The position numbers were made by a program, and so were the translations under genes. 24,609 bases of DNA from assembly GCA_035650075.1 (NCBI GenBank), contig DASRII010000474.1, positions 1-24,609 of the forward strand, written 5' to 3'. How positions within the stretch are numbered: the first letter of the stretch is position 1; every line of letters starts with the position of its first letter. Below, piece by piece: positions 15,596 through 24,563 of the stretch. The stretch is from Micromonosporaceae bacterium. GTDB taxonomy: Bacteria; Actinomycetota; Actinomycetes; Mycobacteriales; Micromonosporaceae. The notes below the pieces were generated by a model. It worked only from the letters and a program-made list of their open reading frames with translations. It was not told the origin of the DNA and did not search any database.

Positions 15596-17157
15596 CGTCA
15601 CCGGAGGGTCGGCGTCCGTTGCGCCGCGCGCTGGTCAGCGTGTACGACAAGACCGGACTGGATGAGCTGGTTCGCGCTCTGCACGAGGCCGGTGTCGAGA
15701 TCGTCTCGACCGGCTCGACCGCCGCCGCGGTCCGTGATGCGGGGGTACCGGTCACGCCGGTCGAGCAGGTGACCGGCTTCCCGGAGATCCTCGACGGTCG
15801 GGTCAAGACGCTCCATCCTCTGGTGCACGCGGCTCTGCTCGCCGACCTGCGCAAGCCGGCGCACACCGAGCAGCTCGACGAGTTGGGCATCGCCCCGTTC
15901 GACCTTCTCGTCTCCAACCTCTACCCGTTCCGCGAGGCGGTCCGCGCCGGCTCGGGCATCGACGAGTGCGTCGAGCAGATCGACATCGGTGGCCCGGCGA
16001 TGGTCCGGGCGGCGGCGAAGAACCACGAGAACGTCGCGGTGGTCACGTCGCCGTCGGCGTACCCCGTGGTGCTGGACGCGATCGGGGCCGGCGGTTTCAC
16101 GCTGGCCGAGCGCCGCACGCTCGCCGCTCTCGCCTTCGCCGACATCGCCGAGTACGACGTGTCGATCGCCGAGTGGTGCGCGCAGGAGCTGGCCCCGAGC
16201 GAGGATTGGTGGCCGGAGTTCGGCGGCATCGCCGCGCGCCGGTCGGCGGTGCTGCGCTACGGCGAGAACCCGCACCAGCGGGCCGCGTTGTACCTCGACC
16301 GGGAGGCACCCCCGGGCCTGGCCCAGGCGGTCCAGCGGGCCGGCAAGGAGATGTCGTACAACAACTACGTCGACGCCGATGCGGCGTGGCGCGCCTGCCA
16401 CGACTTCACGGAGCCGTGCGTGGCCATCATCAAGCACACCAACCCGTGCGGTATCGCGATCGGGACCGACGTCGCCGAGGCGCACCGCAAGGCCCACGCC
16501 TGCGACCCGACCTCCGCGTTCGGCGGCGTCATCGCGGTCAACGGCGAGGTGAGCGCCGAGCTGGCGAAGCAGATCGCGGACATCTTCACCGAGGTGGTCG
16601 TCGCACCGTCCTATGCGGACGGTGCACTGGAGGTACTGGCCGCCCGCAAGAACCTGCGGGTCCTCGAGGCGCCCGAGTACCATCCGTCCATTGTGGAGTG
16701 GCGACAGATCTCCGGCGGTCTGCTCACCCAGGTCGCCGACCGGCTCAACGTGCCCGGCGACGACCCCGCGAACTGGCGGCTCGTCAGCGGTACGGCCGTC
16801 GACGAGGGCACCCTCGACGACCTCGTGTTCGCCTGGCGCAGCGCGCGGTCGGTCAAGTCGAACGCGATCGTGCTCGCCTCCGACGGCGCGACCGTGGGCA
16901 TCGGCATGGGCCAGGTCAACCGGGTCGACTCCGCCCGCTTGGCGGTGTCCCGGGCCGGTGCCGAGCGGGCCGCCGGGGCGGTAGCCGCCAGCGACGCGTT
17001 CTTCCCGTTCCCGGACGGCTTGAAGGTGCTCGCCGAGGCCGGCGTCCGGGCCGTCGTCCAGCCCGGTGGCTCGATGCGCGACGAACAGGTCATCGGCGCC
17101 GCGGTGACGGCGGGCATCACCATGTACCTGACCGGAACGCGGCACTTCTTCCACTGA
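15592..17157 (+). CDS. purH: Bifunctional AICAR formyltransferase / IMP cyclohydrolase.
   Basis: The MGS-like N-terminus [33 protein letters not shown] is followed by an AICARFT domain with [11 protein letters not shown] and TGTRHFFH at the C-terminus. The long opposite-strand ORF 15598..17154 is a shadow. Confidence 0.95.
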   Translation: MTSPEGRRPLRRALVSVYDKTGLDELVRALHEAGVEIVSTGSTAAAVRDAGVPVTPVEQVTGFPEILDGRVKTLHPLVHAALLADLRKPAHTEQLDELGIAPFDLLVSNLYPFREAVRAGSGIDECVEQIDIGGPAMVRAAAKNHENVAVVTSPSAYPVVLDAIGAGGFTLAERRTLAALAFADIAEYDVSIAEWCAQELAPSEDWWPEFGGIAARRSAVLRYGENPHQRAALYLDREAPPGLAQAVQRAGKEMSYNNYVDADAAWRACHDFTEPCVAIIKHTNPCGIAIGTDVAEAHRKAHACDPTSAFGGVIAVNGEVSAELAKQIADIFTEVVVAPSYADGALEVLAARKNLRVLEAPEYHPSIVEWRQISGGLLTQVADRLNVPGDDPANWRLVSGTAVDEGTLDDLVFAWRSARSVKSNAIVLASDGATVGIGMGQVNRVDSARLAVSRAGAERAAGAVAASDAFFPFPDGLKVLAEAGVRAVVQPGGSMRDEQVIGAAVTAGITMYLTGTRHFFH

Positions 17158-17699
17158 TGGACTCCGGGGCGGAGTACGAGGGCGACGACTTCGTCGAGTT
17201 GGACCTCATCGAGGCGGAGGTGACCGGCAGTCGGTTCACCAACTGCGAGTTCAGCCGGGTCCGGTTCAACGCCGCGACCCTGCTGCGGTGCGCGTTCCTG
17301 CACTGCCTGTTCCGCCGGTGCGTGTTCTTCGACGCGACGTTCGACGACTGCAAGCTGACCGGTACCCAGTTCGTCGAGTGCGACCTGTTGCCCCTGCACG
17401 TGACCGGCGGCGACTGGTCGTATGTGTCCCTGCGCGGGCAGAACCTCGCCGGCGTCGACCTGTCCGGCCTGAGGCTGCGCGAGGCGGACCTCACCGAGGC
17501 CGACCTGAGCCGGGCGAACCTCCGGGGTGCCGATCTCGGGTACGCCCGGATGCACCACACGAAGCTGCGCGACGCCGATCTGCGCGGCGCGAACCTGGAG
17601 GGCGTCGCGTTGCGCGGGCTCGACCTGACCGACGTGCGCATCGACCTGGCCCAGGCGGTCCTGTTCGCGTCGGCGTACGGTGCCCGCGTCGAACCGTAG
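17157..17699 (+). CDS. Pentapeptide-repeat protein of 180 aa, similar in size and class to MfpA/Qnr.
   Basis: About 25 consecutive A(D/N)LxX pentapeptides are present (FTNCEFSRVRFNAATLLRCAFLHCLFRRCVFFDATFDDCKLTGTQFVECDL...ADLTEADLSRANLRGADLGYARMHHTKLRDADLRGANLEGVALRGLDLTDV). The ATG at 17157 overlaps the purH stop (TGATG). ORF 15966..17699 is the same frame with a spurious upstream extension. Confidence 0.8.
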   Translation: MDSGAEYEGDDFVELDLIEAEVTGSRFTNCEFSRVRFNAATLLRCAFLHCLFRRCVFFDATFDDCKLTGTQFVECDLLPLHVTGGDWSYVSLRGQNLAGVDLSGLRLREADLTEADLSRANLRGADLGYARMHHTKLRDADLRGANLEGVALRGLDLTDVRIDLAQAVLFASAYGARVEP

Positions 17700-17809
17700 C
17701 CCTGCATGATGAGGGGCATGAGTGCAGCGGAGCGCTGCGCCGCCTGGACTGAGGAGCGAAGCGACGAGGGAAGGCGGCGCACAGGGCGCGGAGCGGAACG
17801 AGGCAAGCA

Positions 17810-18985
17810 ATGAGGGGTTGGTGGTGGCATCGGCAAGGACTCGACGGCTCGCTGTCCGGAGCGGCGCCTTCGGAGGTGCTCGCCCGGACCGGCTGGGCAC
17901 GCTCGGTCGGCGGCGCGAACCCGTACCTGACGCTGTTCGCCCGAGCCGGCACCGGGCGGGCGGCGGTCGACGCGGCAGTGGCCGCGCTGGACATCTACGA
18001 GCTGCCGGCGGCCCGCGGGTGCACGTACGTCGTGCCGAGCCAGCACTTCGGTCTCGCGCTCGAGGTCGGCCGGGGCGCGCCAGAGGCCGACCTGCGGACG
18101 CTGGCCAAGCTCGGCGTCGACCGTACCGAGATCGAGAAGCTCTGCGGTGAGGTGCTCGCGGCGCTGGAGCGGGCCCCGCAGCTCGATCCGGCCGCGCTCA
18201 AGGACGTACTCGGTGACGCGGTCCGCAACCTCGGCGACGAGGGGCGCAAACGCGGTCTGTCGACCACCCTGCCGGCCGCGCTCGGCCTGCTGCAGGCGGC
18301 CGGCGAGATCCGCCGGGTACCGGCCAACGGCCGGCTGGACAACCAGCGGTACGCGTACGCCCGCTGGCAGCCGCCGCGTAGCGGGCTGACCGAGGCGGAG
18401 GCGCGTTCCGAGTTGGCCCGGCAGTACTTCGACTGGATCGGTCCCGCGAGCCTCGGGCACTTCCGGTGGTTCAGCGCGTTCTCCGCCGCGTACGCGAAGG
18501 CGGCGGTAGCGCCGCTGGACCTCGTCGAGGTCGACGGCGGTCTGCTGGCCTCGCCCGCGGTGGCCGCTGAGTACGAGCGGTTCCGCGCGCCGGCCAAGCC
18601 GCAGTACGCCCTGCTCGCCGGCATCGACGCGCTCGTGCTGCTGCGCCGCGACCACCACGCGCTGCTCGACGAGGCCGACGCGGCCCGCTCGGTACCGGGC
18701 GACAAGCAGTCTCTGGGGGAGCAGGCTGACCTGCCGGACCACCCGATCGTCGACCGGAGTCGGATCGTGGGGCTGTGGCAGTACGACGCGGACGCCGGTC
18801 GGCTCGTCTGGTGGCTGTTCGCCGGCGGCAAGCCGGACCGGGCGCTGGCCGGTGTGCTCGACCGCACCGAGGCGTACATCCGCGACGAGCTCGGTGACGC
18901 GCGCAGCTTCAGCCTCGACTCGCCGAAGTCCCGCGCGCCCCGCGTGGCCGCGCTGAGCACCGCTAGTGGACGTAGTCGAGCCTGA
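17810..18985 (+). CDS. Winged-helix DNA-binding domain protein of the YcaQ/AlkZ-like family (HTH_42/DUF1006). The assignment is tentative.
   Basis: 391 aa. The N-terminus MRGWWWHRQGLDGS..., the overall size and the Ala/Leu/Arg-rich helical composition resemble the YcaQ/AlkZ family. No catalytic motif was verified. The opposite-strand ORFs 17117..18742 and 17995..19500 are Arg-rich shadows. Confidence 0.45.
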   Translation: MRGWWWHRQGLDGSLSGAAPSEVLARTGWARSVGGANPYLTLFARAGTGRAAVDAAVAALDIYELPAARGCTYVVPSQHFGLALEVGRGAPEADLRTLAKLGVDRTEIEKLCGEVLAALERAPQLDPAALKDVLGDAVRNLGDEGRKRGLSTTLPAALGLLQAAGEIRRVPANGRLDNQRYAYARWQPPRSGLTEAEARSELARQYFDWIGPASLGHFRWFSAFSAAYAKAAVAPLDLVEVDGGLLASPAVAAEYERFRAPAKPQYALLAGIDALVLLRRDHHALLDEADAARSVPGDKQSLGEQADLPDHPIVDRSRIVGLWQYDADAGRLVWWLFAGGKPDRALAGVLDRTEAYIRDELGDARSFSLDSPKSRAPRVAALSTASGRSRA

Positions 18986-20525
18986 GCAGGTTCACCCGAC
19001 CGAACGGGTCCACCTCGACGTTGCCGACCCGCGTCGAATGGCCGATGTTGTTGCGGCCGTACCGCATCGGCAGGATCGGCAGATCGCGGGCGAGCAGATC
19101 CTCGGCTGCCTGGTACATCCGGATGGCGTCCTCCGCGGAAGCCGCCGCCGCGCCGGCGGTGACCAGGTGGTCGAACTCGGCGTTGCTGTAGCCGGAGTAG
19201 TTCGCCGAGCCACTCGTGGAGTACAGCGGGCCGAGGCAGTTCTCCATCGACGGGTAGTGCATGACCCAGCTCATCCGGAAGGTACCGACCGGCTGCCGCC
19301 GATCGACCTTGCTCAGCAGATCGGCGAAATTCGGCTCGGCCTGGCCCGCGCACTCCACGCCGAGGTTGCTCGCCAGCTGGGCGCAGGTCGCCTCGACCCA
19401 GTCGCGGTGTCCGCCGTCGCTGTTGTACGAGATGGTCAGCGTCGGCGGTCCGCCGGCCGCCGCGTACAGCTCCCGGGCTTTGGTCGCGTCGAACGTGCAA
19501 GCCTCGCCACAGCTGTGTTCGCGGTAGCCGGCCACCACCGGCGCCACGAACGAGGTGGCCGCCAGCTGCGCGTCCTTGAATACCGCCTTGACGATGGCCT
19601 CCCGGTCGATCGCCATCGAGATGGCCTTGCGAACCTCCGGGCGGTCGAATGCCGGATCGAACGCCGGGAAGGCGAGTAGCTGGATCGCGGAGGCGGGGCT
19701 GCGCTCGAACCGGTCACCCAGGTCGGCCGCCGCCTCGGTCAGCTTGTCCGGCGGGATGGTCGCGAGGACGTCCAGCTTGCCCGCCACGAGATCGGCGTAT
19801 GCCGCGTCGAGCTGCGGGTAGATCCGGAACTCCACGCCGCCGACCTTGGGCTTCTCCGGGCCGGCGTACGTCGCGTACCGGGTCACCTCGATCCTGCTGC
19901 CGTGCTGCCAGGTGCCCTTCATCGCGAACGGCCCGTCGCCGATCGGCGCCTGTTCGTACTCCTTCGTCACCGCACCCGAGGCGTCGAACGCCGCCCTCGG
20001 CAGCGGGTAGTAGGCGGCGGTGCCGAGCAGCGACCGGAACTCCCGGTACGGCTGGACCAGTGTCACGACCAACGTCCGGTCGTCGACCTTCCGCAACCCG
20101 GTCAACCGCTTGGCCCCGTACCCCTGGATCTTCTCGAAGAGGTAGCCGTTCAGCTGGCCGTGCGGGGCGTACGCGGCGTAGTTCCAGGCGTCGAGGTAGC
20201 TGTCGGCGGTGACCCGCTCGCCGTTGTGGAAGGTGAGACCGTCGCGGAGCCGGATCGTCCAGACGCGGTTGTCGGTGGTCTCGACCCGCTCGGCCGCGAC
20301 CTCGTACGGCTGGCTCGCCGCGTCGAAGGCGACGAGCGGCGTGAACAGGGCGGCCAGTACCTGCAGGCCGCCCGGATCGTCGGTGTTGGCCGGGACGAGG
20401 TGCTGCGGCTCGGTGATCGCGATCCGTGCCGTGCCGTCGGCGTGCGGTCTGGACCCACCGATCAGGCCACATCCCGCTAGGGCGGCTGCGGTTGCGGCGG
20501 CGGCGAGGATCGCGGTGCTGCGCAT
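18963..20525 (-). CDS. Solute-binding lipoprotein of ABC transporter family 5 (peptide/nickel/oligosaccharide type, DppA/OppA-like). It is an orphan, with no permease in the window.
   Basis: The start lies at residue 310 of the listed ORF 18963..21452. [24 protein letters not shown] is a signal peptide with an LAGC lipobox. The SBP_bac_5 fold extends to the C-terminus. The ATG is at 20525 (CAT at 20523-20525 on the plus strand). The upstream part of the listed ORF overlaps folD and was rejected. Confidence 0.8.
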   Translation of the reverse strand: MRSTAILAAAATAAALAGCGLIGGSRPHADGTARIAITEPQHLVPANTDDPGGLQVLAALFTPLVAFDAASQPYEVAAERVETTDNRVWTIRLRDGLTFHNGERVTADSYLDAWNYAAYAPHGQLNGYLFEKIQGYGAKRLTGLRKVDDRTLVVTLVQPYREFRSLLGTAAYYPLPRAAFDASGAVTKEYEQAPIGDGPFAMKGTWQHGSRIEVTRYATYAGPEKPKVGGVEFRIYPQLDAAYADLVAGKLDVLATIPPDKLTEAAADLGDRFERSPASAIQLLAFPAFDPAFDRPEVRKAISMAIDREAIVKAVFKDAQLAATSFVAPVVAGYREHSCGEACTFDATKARELYAAAGGPPTLTISYNSDGGHRDWVEATCAQLASNLGVECAGQAEPNFADLLSKVDRRQPVGTFRMSWVMHYPSMENCLGPLYSTSGSANYSGYSNAEFDHLVTAGAAAASAEDAIRMYQAAEDLLARDLPILPMRYGRNNIGHSTRVGNVEVDPFGRVNLLRLDYVH

Positions 20526-20555
20526 ACTCCGGACAACACGTGGGAGGATTCTCCG

Positions 20556-21419
20556 GTGACGGCTACTGTGCTGGACGGCAAGGCCACCGCCGCGGCAATC
20601 AAGGACGAGCTGCGGGCCAGGGTGAAGGCGCTCTCCGAACAGGGTGTCCTGCCCGGACTCGGCACGATCCTCGTCGGCGACGACCCCGGCTCGCGCGCGT
20701 ACGTCGACGGCAAGCACCGCGACTGCGCAGAGGTCGGCATCGCGTCGATCCGGCGGGAACTGCCGGGAACGGCTGGCCAGGACGAGGTACTGGCGGTCGT
20801 CGACGAGCTGAACGCCGATCCGACCTGCCACGGCTACCTCGTCCAGCTGCCGTTGCCGGCGCACCTGTCGACCCAGCCTGTGCTGGAGCGGGTCGACCCG
20901 GCGAAGGACGCCGACGGGCTGCACCCGGTCAACCTCGGACGGCTGGTGCTGGGCTTTCCCGCGCCGCTGCCGTGCACTCCGCGGGGCATCGTCGAGCTGC
21001 TGCGCCGCTACGGCATCGCGCTGCCGGGGGCGGACGTGGTGGTCATCGGCCGCGGTACGACCGTCGGCCGGCCGCTCGGCCTGTTGCTGACCCGCAAGGT
21101 GGAGAACGCCACCGTCACGCTGTGCCACACGGGCACCCGAGATCTGGCTCGCCACACCCGGGCCGCCGACGTGGTGGTAGCCGCCGCGGGCAAGCCCGGA
21201 CTGCTCACCGCCGACATGATTCGGCCCGGGGCCGTGGTGGTGGACGTGGGCATCACCCGCGTCGTGCCGTCCGACGGGGGCCGCGCCCGGCTCGTGGGCG
21301 ATGTGGCACCGGAGGTTTCCGAGGTCGCCGCTTTCCTCGCCCCGATGCCGGGCGGGGTCGGGCCGATGACCCGGGCGATGCTGTTGACGAACGTCGTGGA
21401 ACTGGCCGAACGCGCGTAG
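20556..21419 (+). CDS. folD: Bifunctional 5,10-methylene-tetrahydrofolate dehydrogenase / cyclohydrolase.
   Basis: The N-terminus is [26 protein letters not shown]. The conserved motifs [23 protein letters not shown], the Rossmann loop [18 protein letters not shown] and [14 protein letters not shown] are present. A GGGAGGA ribosome-binding site lies 8 nt before the GTG. Confidence 0.9.
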   Translation: MTATVLDGKATAAAIKDELRARVKALSEQGVLPGLGTILVGDDPGSRAYVDGKHRDCAEVGIASIRRELPGTAGQDEVLAVVDELNADPTCHGYLVQLPLPAHLSTQPVLERVDPAKDADGLHPVNLGRLVLGFPAPLPCTPRGIVELLRRYGIALPGADVVVIGRGTTVGRPLGLLLTRKVENATVTLCHTGTRDLARHTRAADVVVAAAGKPGLLTADMIRPGAVVVDVGITRVVPSDGGRARLVGDVAPEVSEVAAFLAPMPGGVGPMTRAMLLTNVVELAERA

Positions 21420-21435
21420 GTTATCGTCGACCGTC

Positions 21436-22386
21436 ATGGGTAAGAAGGTCACCGTTGTCGGAGCAGGCTTCTACGGCTCGACAACCGCGCAGCGCCTGGC
21501 CGAGTACGACATCTTCGAGTCGGTTGTGCTGACCGACATCATCGAAGGCAAGCCCGAAGGCCTCGCGCTCGACATCAACCAGTCCCGCCCGATCGAGGGC
21601 TACGAGACCAAGGTCGTCGGCCGTACCACCGGCCGCGACGGCGAGGGCTACGAGGTCATCGAGGGCTCCGACGTCGTCATCGTCACCGCCGGCCTGCCCC
21701 GCAAGCCGGGCATGAGCCGCATGGACCTGCTCGAGGTCAACGCGAAGATCGTCCGAGGCGTGGCGGAGAACATCGCCAAGTACGCCCCCAGCTCCGTTGT
21801 CATCGTCGTGTCGAACCCGCTCGACGAGATGACCGCGCTGGCCCAGCTCGCCACCCAGTTCCCCAAAGAGCGGGTGATGGGGCAGGCGGGCATGCTCGAC
21901 ACCGCCCGCTTCACGCACTTCGTGGCCGAGCTGCTGGCGGTACCGGTCGGCTCGGTGAAGACGCTCACGCTCGGCTCGCACGGGGACACGATGGTCCCGG
22001 TACCGTCGCAGTGCTCGGTCAACGGCAAGCCGCTCACCGAACTCCTGCCGGCGGAGAAGATCGAGGAGCTGGTAGTGCGTACCCGCAACGGCGGCGCTGA
22101 GATCGTGGGGCTGCTCAAGACGGGCTCGGCGTACTACGCGCCCTCGGCAGCCGCGGCCCGGATGGCCCGTGCGATAGCCGAAGACTCCGGCGCCGTCCTG
22201 CCGGTGTGCGCCTGGGTCGACGGCGAGTACGGCATCTCCGGCGTCTACCTCGGTGTCGAGGCAGAACTCGGCGCGGGTGGGGTGCGCCGGGTGGTCCAGA
22301 CCGACCTGACGGACGCCGAACTGGCCGCCCTGACGGAAGCCGCCGAGGCGGTCCGCGCGAAACAGTCCGACGTAGCAAACCTCTGA
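21436..22386 (+). CDS. mdh: Malate dehydrogenase of the LDH-like MDH type.
   Basis: The Rossmann N-terminus is MGKKVTVVGAGFYGSTTA. The conserved segments IVTAGLPRKPGMSRMDLL and VSNPLD and the catalytic His region LGSHGDTMV are present. The opposite-strand ORF 21421..22485 is a shadow. Confidence 0.9.
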   Translation: MGKKVTVVGAGFYGSTTAQRLAEYDIFESVVLTDIIEGKPEGLALDINQSRPIEGYETKVVGRTTGRDGEGYEVIEGSDVVIVTAGLPRKPGMSRMDLLEVNAKIVRGVAENIAKYAPSSVVIVVSNPLDEMTALAQLATQFPKERVMGQAGMLDTARFTHFVAELLAVPVGSVKTLTLGSHGDTMVPVPSQCSVNGKPLTELLPAEKIEELVVRTRNGGAEIVGLLKTGSAYYAPSAAAARMARAIAEDSGAVLPVCAWVDGEYGISGVYLGVEAELGAGGVRRVVQTDLTDAELAALTEAAEAVRAKQSDVANL

Positions 22387-22391
22387 CACAT

Positions 22392-22520
22392 CGCCCGCCG
22401 CCGCCCCGCCCCCACCCCCACCCGCGTTGATCATGAAGTTAGTGGTGCGACACACCGTCGACGGTGCACCTAAGTTCATGATCAACGCGGGGGGGTGGGG
22501 GGTGGGGGCGGCGGCGCGCC
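22392..22520. repeat. Long near-continuous palindrome of about 125 bp. A C-tract arm (GCCCCGCCCCCACCCCCACCC) and a G-tract arm (GGGGGGGTGGGGGGTGGGGGCGG) flank perfect 15-bp arms CGCGTTGATCATGAA / TTCATGATCAACGCG and a palindromic core CACCGTCGACGGTG. It is a candidate bidirectional terminator or a palindromic repeat element.
   Basis: Read directly. It lies between the convergent mdh stop (22386) and the flotillin stop (22525). The 15-bp arms at 22423-22437 and 22475-22489 are perfect reverse complements, and the C and G tracts are complementary with small indels. Confidence 0.6.
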
Positions 22521-22524
22521 CCCG

Positions 22525-24510
22525 TTAGTCGGTACCGGCCGATTGGGCGGGGAGTTGGAGCTTTCCGTTGCCCAGGGCGCGGATGACTGTCGCGGCTAGA
22601 CCGTCCAAACTGGACCCGCCGCCGGTGACCAGTACCTCCGGCATGATGTCCAGCTTGCCCTCGGCGACGGCTCCGGCGACCGCGACCAGCGCGGTCGGTA
22701 TCTCGCCGATCGCCTCGCGTTGGGCGCGGAACCCGGCCGCCCGGGCGAGCCCCAGCGCCTCGGTCGCCTTCGCCTCGGCCAGACCCAACGCCTGTACCTT
22801 GTCCGCCTCGGCCTGCCCGGTGACCCGGACGTACGTCGCCTCGCCGCCCGCTTCGGCCTCGCGGGCCTTGGCCCGGTTGCCCTTGATGTCGATGGACACC
22901 TGGGCGGCCGCCAGCTCGGCCTGCATGTCGGCCATGCCGCGGGCCCGCTCCATGTCGATGCGCGCGGTCTCGGCCCGCTGCTGTTCCTCGTACGTCGCCC
23001 GCTGCTGGTTGGCGATCTCGCGGCGGGTGAGGACCTGGACCATCTCGTCAGGGAACACCACGTCCTGGATGTACACGCCGCGCGTCTCGACCTCGTACGC
23101 CGCGAGGTAGCGGGTGACCGCCGTGAACGCGGCCTCCTGTACCTCCTGCCGGGTCTCGATGAAGCGGATCGCCTCCAGCGCCTGCAACGTGTTGCGGAAG
23201 TGGTTGCCCACAGCGGACTGCAGCACCTCGTGGACGAGGTTCAGCATCGTGCCCACCATCGAGATCACCTTGGGCGCGCGGGTGTCCGAGACGTGGATCT
23301 GCACCTGCAGGTCGATCGTGAACACGAAGCCTTCGCGGCTCTTGCCGACGATGGGTTCGAGCCGGCTGTCCAGGTTGTGCGCGATCGAGCTGGCGTTGGC
23401 CCAGTTGAGCGTGAGGATCGACGTGGGTACCAGCTCGGCCGCGTAGATCCGCGGGTTGAGCGCGTACTTGCCGGTGCGCAGCGGTTCCTGCCAGATGCCG
23501 CGGTGGCCCGGGCGCACGATGCTACCGAACTTGAACTCCTCGCCCGAAGTGTCCAATGTGGGCAGTCCGACGAAGCCTTTGATGACGGCTACCTGGCCCT
23601 GGTTGACGACCAGCATCGGGACCATTTCGACCCGGACCAGGAAGGGATTCAGCAGGTACGCACCGTAGAGCAGCGGGTCGTGCTGCAGGCCGATACGCCC
23701 GCCGGAGTCGAGGAACGCCTGGAAGTCCTGGTAGTTGTTGTGCAGCTCGTTCTTCGAGCCGATGAGTATGTCGATGATTTCGGCGTCGGTCGTCTCGCGC
23801 TCCTCCATCTCGGAGATGTCGGCGAAGCCGCCCAGCCGGCTGGCGATGTCGCCGGATGGCAGCGGCTCGCCCTCCAGCGCGGTCACCACCCCGATGACGT
23901 CGCGATCGGCGTGTGGCGCGATGATCACCACGGTCAGGCTGTCCGGCCGCAGGCCGAAGCTCTCCGGCGAGAGCTTGCCGTGTACCGCCTTCGACTGAAG
24001 CTCGGGCGCCATCGGCATGCCGAAGACCGCGTGTGACGTGATGACGAGAAACGCCACCGGATGGATCGGTACGAGCGAGCCCGGTGGCAGGACCGGTCGC
24101 TGCACACCCTTCTGCCCGTCGTGCGCGAGAAATCCCCGCAGGTCGCCGAAGTTGCCGAACTCCGGTCGGTACCGCGCGCTCTTCGCGCCGATCGGCAACG
24201 GCTTGCCGACCTGAGCGATCACCACGCCGATTTCTCCGGCCGGCACCTGGACCCACGGGAACTTCGTCACCGCGTAGACCGGCCAGAGCTTGAACCGCAG
24301 GCCCGGCATCAGCAGATCGGCCTGGTAGCCCGCCTCGCCGCGGAAGGCGATCGGGTTGTCGTCGCTCAACCGCCGCCGGCTCATTCGCTTGGTGACGAGG
24401 CCGACCTGGGTGGGGCCGATCCGGTGCGTCGAACGGAGCAGCACCAACGGTCCGAGGAGAAGGGCAAGGAACGCCACGAGTACGACGATCGCGATGATCA
24501 CGATGTTCAC
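22525..24510 (-). CDS. Flotillin-like membrane protein of the SPFH/band-7 family (YqiK/FloT type).
   Basis: The N-terminal TM helix is MNIVIIAIVVLVAFLALLLGPLVLL. An SPFH-like region follows, then a C-terminal region rich in E/A/Q/R coiled-coil repeats (ELAAAQVSIDIKGNRAKAREAEAGGEA...ALGLAEAKATEALGLARAAGFRAQREA). The GTG at 24510 abuts a GAAGAGG motif. The GTG at 24501 gives a better ribosome-binding-site spacing and is probably the true start. ORFs 22720..24036(+) and 23522..24559(-) are shadows. Confidence 0.75.
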   Translation of the reverse strand: MNIVIIAIVVLVAFLALLLGPLVLLRSTHRIGPTQVGLVTKRMSRRRLSDDNPIAFRGEAGYQADLLMPGLRFKLWPVYAVTKFPWVQVPAGEIGVVIAQVGKPLPIGAKSARYRPEFGNFGDLRGFLAHDGQKGVQRPVLPPGSLVPIHPVAFLVITSHAVFGMPMAPELQSKAVHGKLSPESFGLRPDSLTVVIIAPHADRDVIGVVTALEGEPLPSGDIASRLGGFADISEMEERETTDAEIIDILIGSKNELHNNYQDFQAFLDSGGRIGLQHDPLLYGAYLLNPFLVRVEMVPMLVVNQGQVAVIKGFVGLPTLDTSGEEFKFGSIVRPGHRGIWQEPLRTGKYALNPRIYAAELVPTSILTLNWANASSIAHNLDSRLEPIVGKSREGFVFTIDLQVQIHVSDTRAPKVISMVGTMLNLVHEVLQSAVGNHFRNTLQALEAIRFIETRQEVQEAAFTAVTRYLAAYEVETRGVYIQDVVFPDEMVQVLTRREIANQQRATYEEQQRAETARIDMERARGMADMQAELAAAQVSIDIKGNRAKAREAEAGGEATYVRVTGQAEADKVQALGLAEAKATEALGLARAAGFRAQREAIGEIPTALVAVAGAVAEGKLDIMPEVLVTGGGSSLDGLAATVIRALGNGKLQLPAQSAGTD

Positions 24511-24537
24511 CCTCTTCAGGAGTCTGGACCAGCGTAT

Positions 24538-24563
24538 CTAGACGGCTAGTTCCGCGCAACTAG
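24538..24563. promoter_or_regulatory. Operator-like AT-rich element CTAGACGGCTAGTTCCGCGCAACTAG. It contains three CTAG tetramers and a 17/18-matching palindrome CTAGTTCCGCGCAACTAG.
   Basis: Read directly. It lies 30-55 nt upstream of the flotillin start codon, in a locally low-GC stretch. CTAG is generally scarce in high-GC actinomycete DNA. Confidence 0.3.

Noticed and set aside
15598-18742. Minus-strand ORFs 15598..17154 (518 aa), 16611..17900 (429 aa), 17117..18742 (541 aa) and 17995..19500 (501 aa), and the plus-strand ORF 15966..17699 (577 aa).
   Set aside because: They lie opposite purH, the pentapeptide-repeat gene and the AlkZ-like gene, or in an alternative frame. The 15966..17699 ORF is the pentapeptide-gene frame, which happens to stay open through purH. 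Only 17157..17699 is supported, by the pentapeptide repeats and the start coupled to the purH stop.
20426-22485. ORFs 20426..21532(+), 19714..20472(-), 21421..22485(-) and the upstream 309 codons of ORF 18963..21452(-).
   Set aside because: They overlap folD and mdh, which are clearly recognisable, in other frames or on the other strand. The solute-binding protein starts at the signal peptide MRSTAIL (20525). The upstream extension has no protein-like features.
22720-24559. ORFs 22720..24036(+) and 23522..24559(-) overlapping the flotillin gene.
   Set aside because: The flotillin frame has a TM helix, an SPFH-like region and an EA-rich coiled-coil tail. The alternatives are Arg/Asp/Gly-rich shadows.
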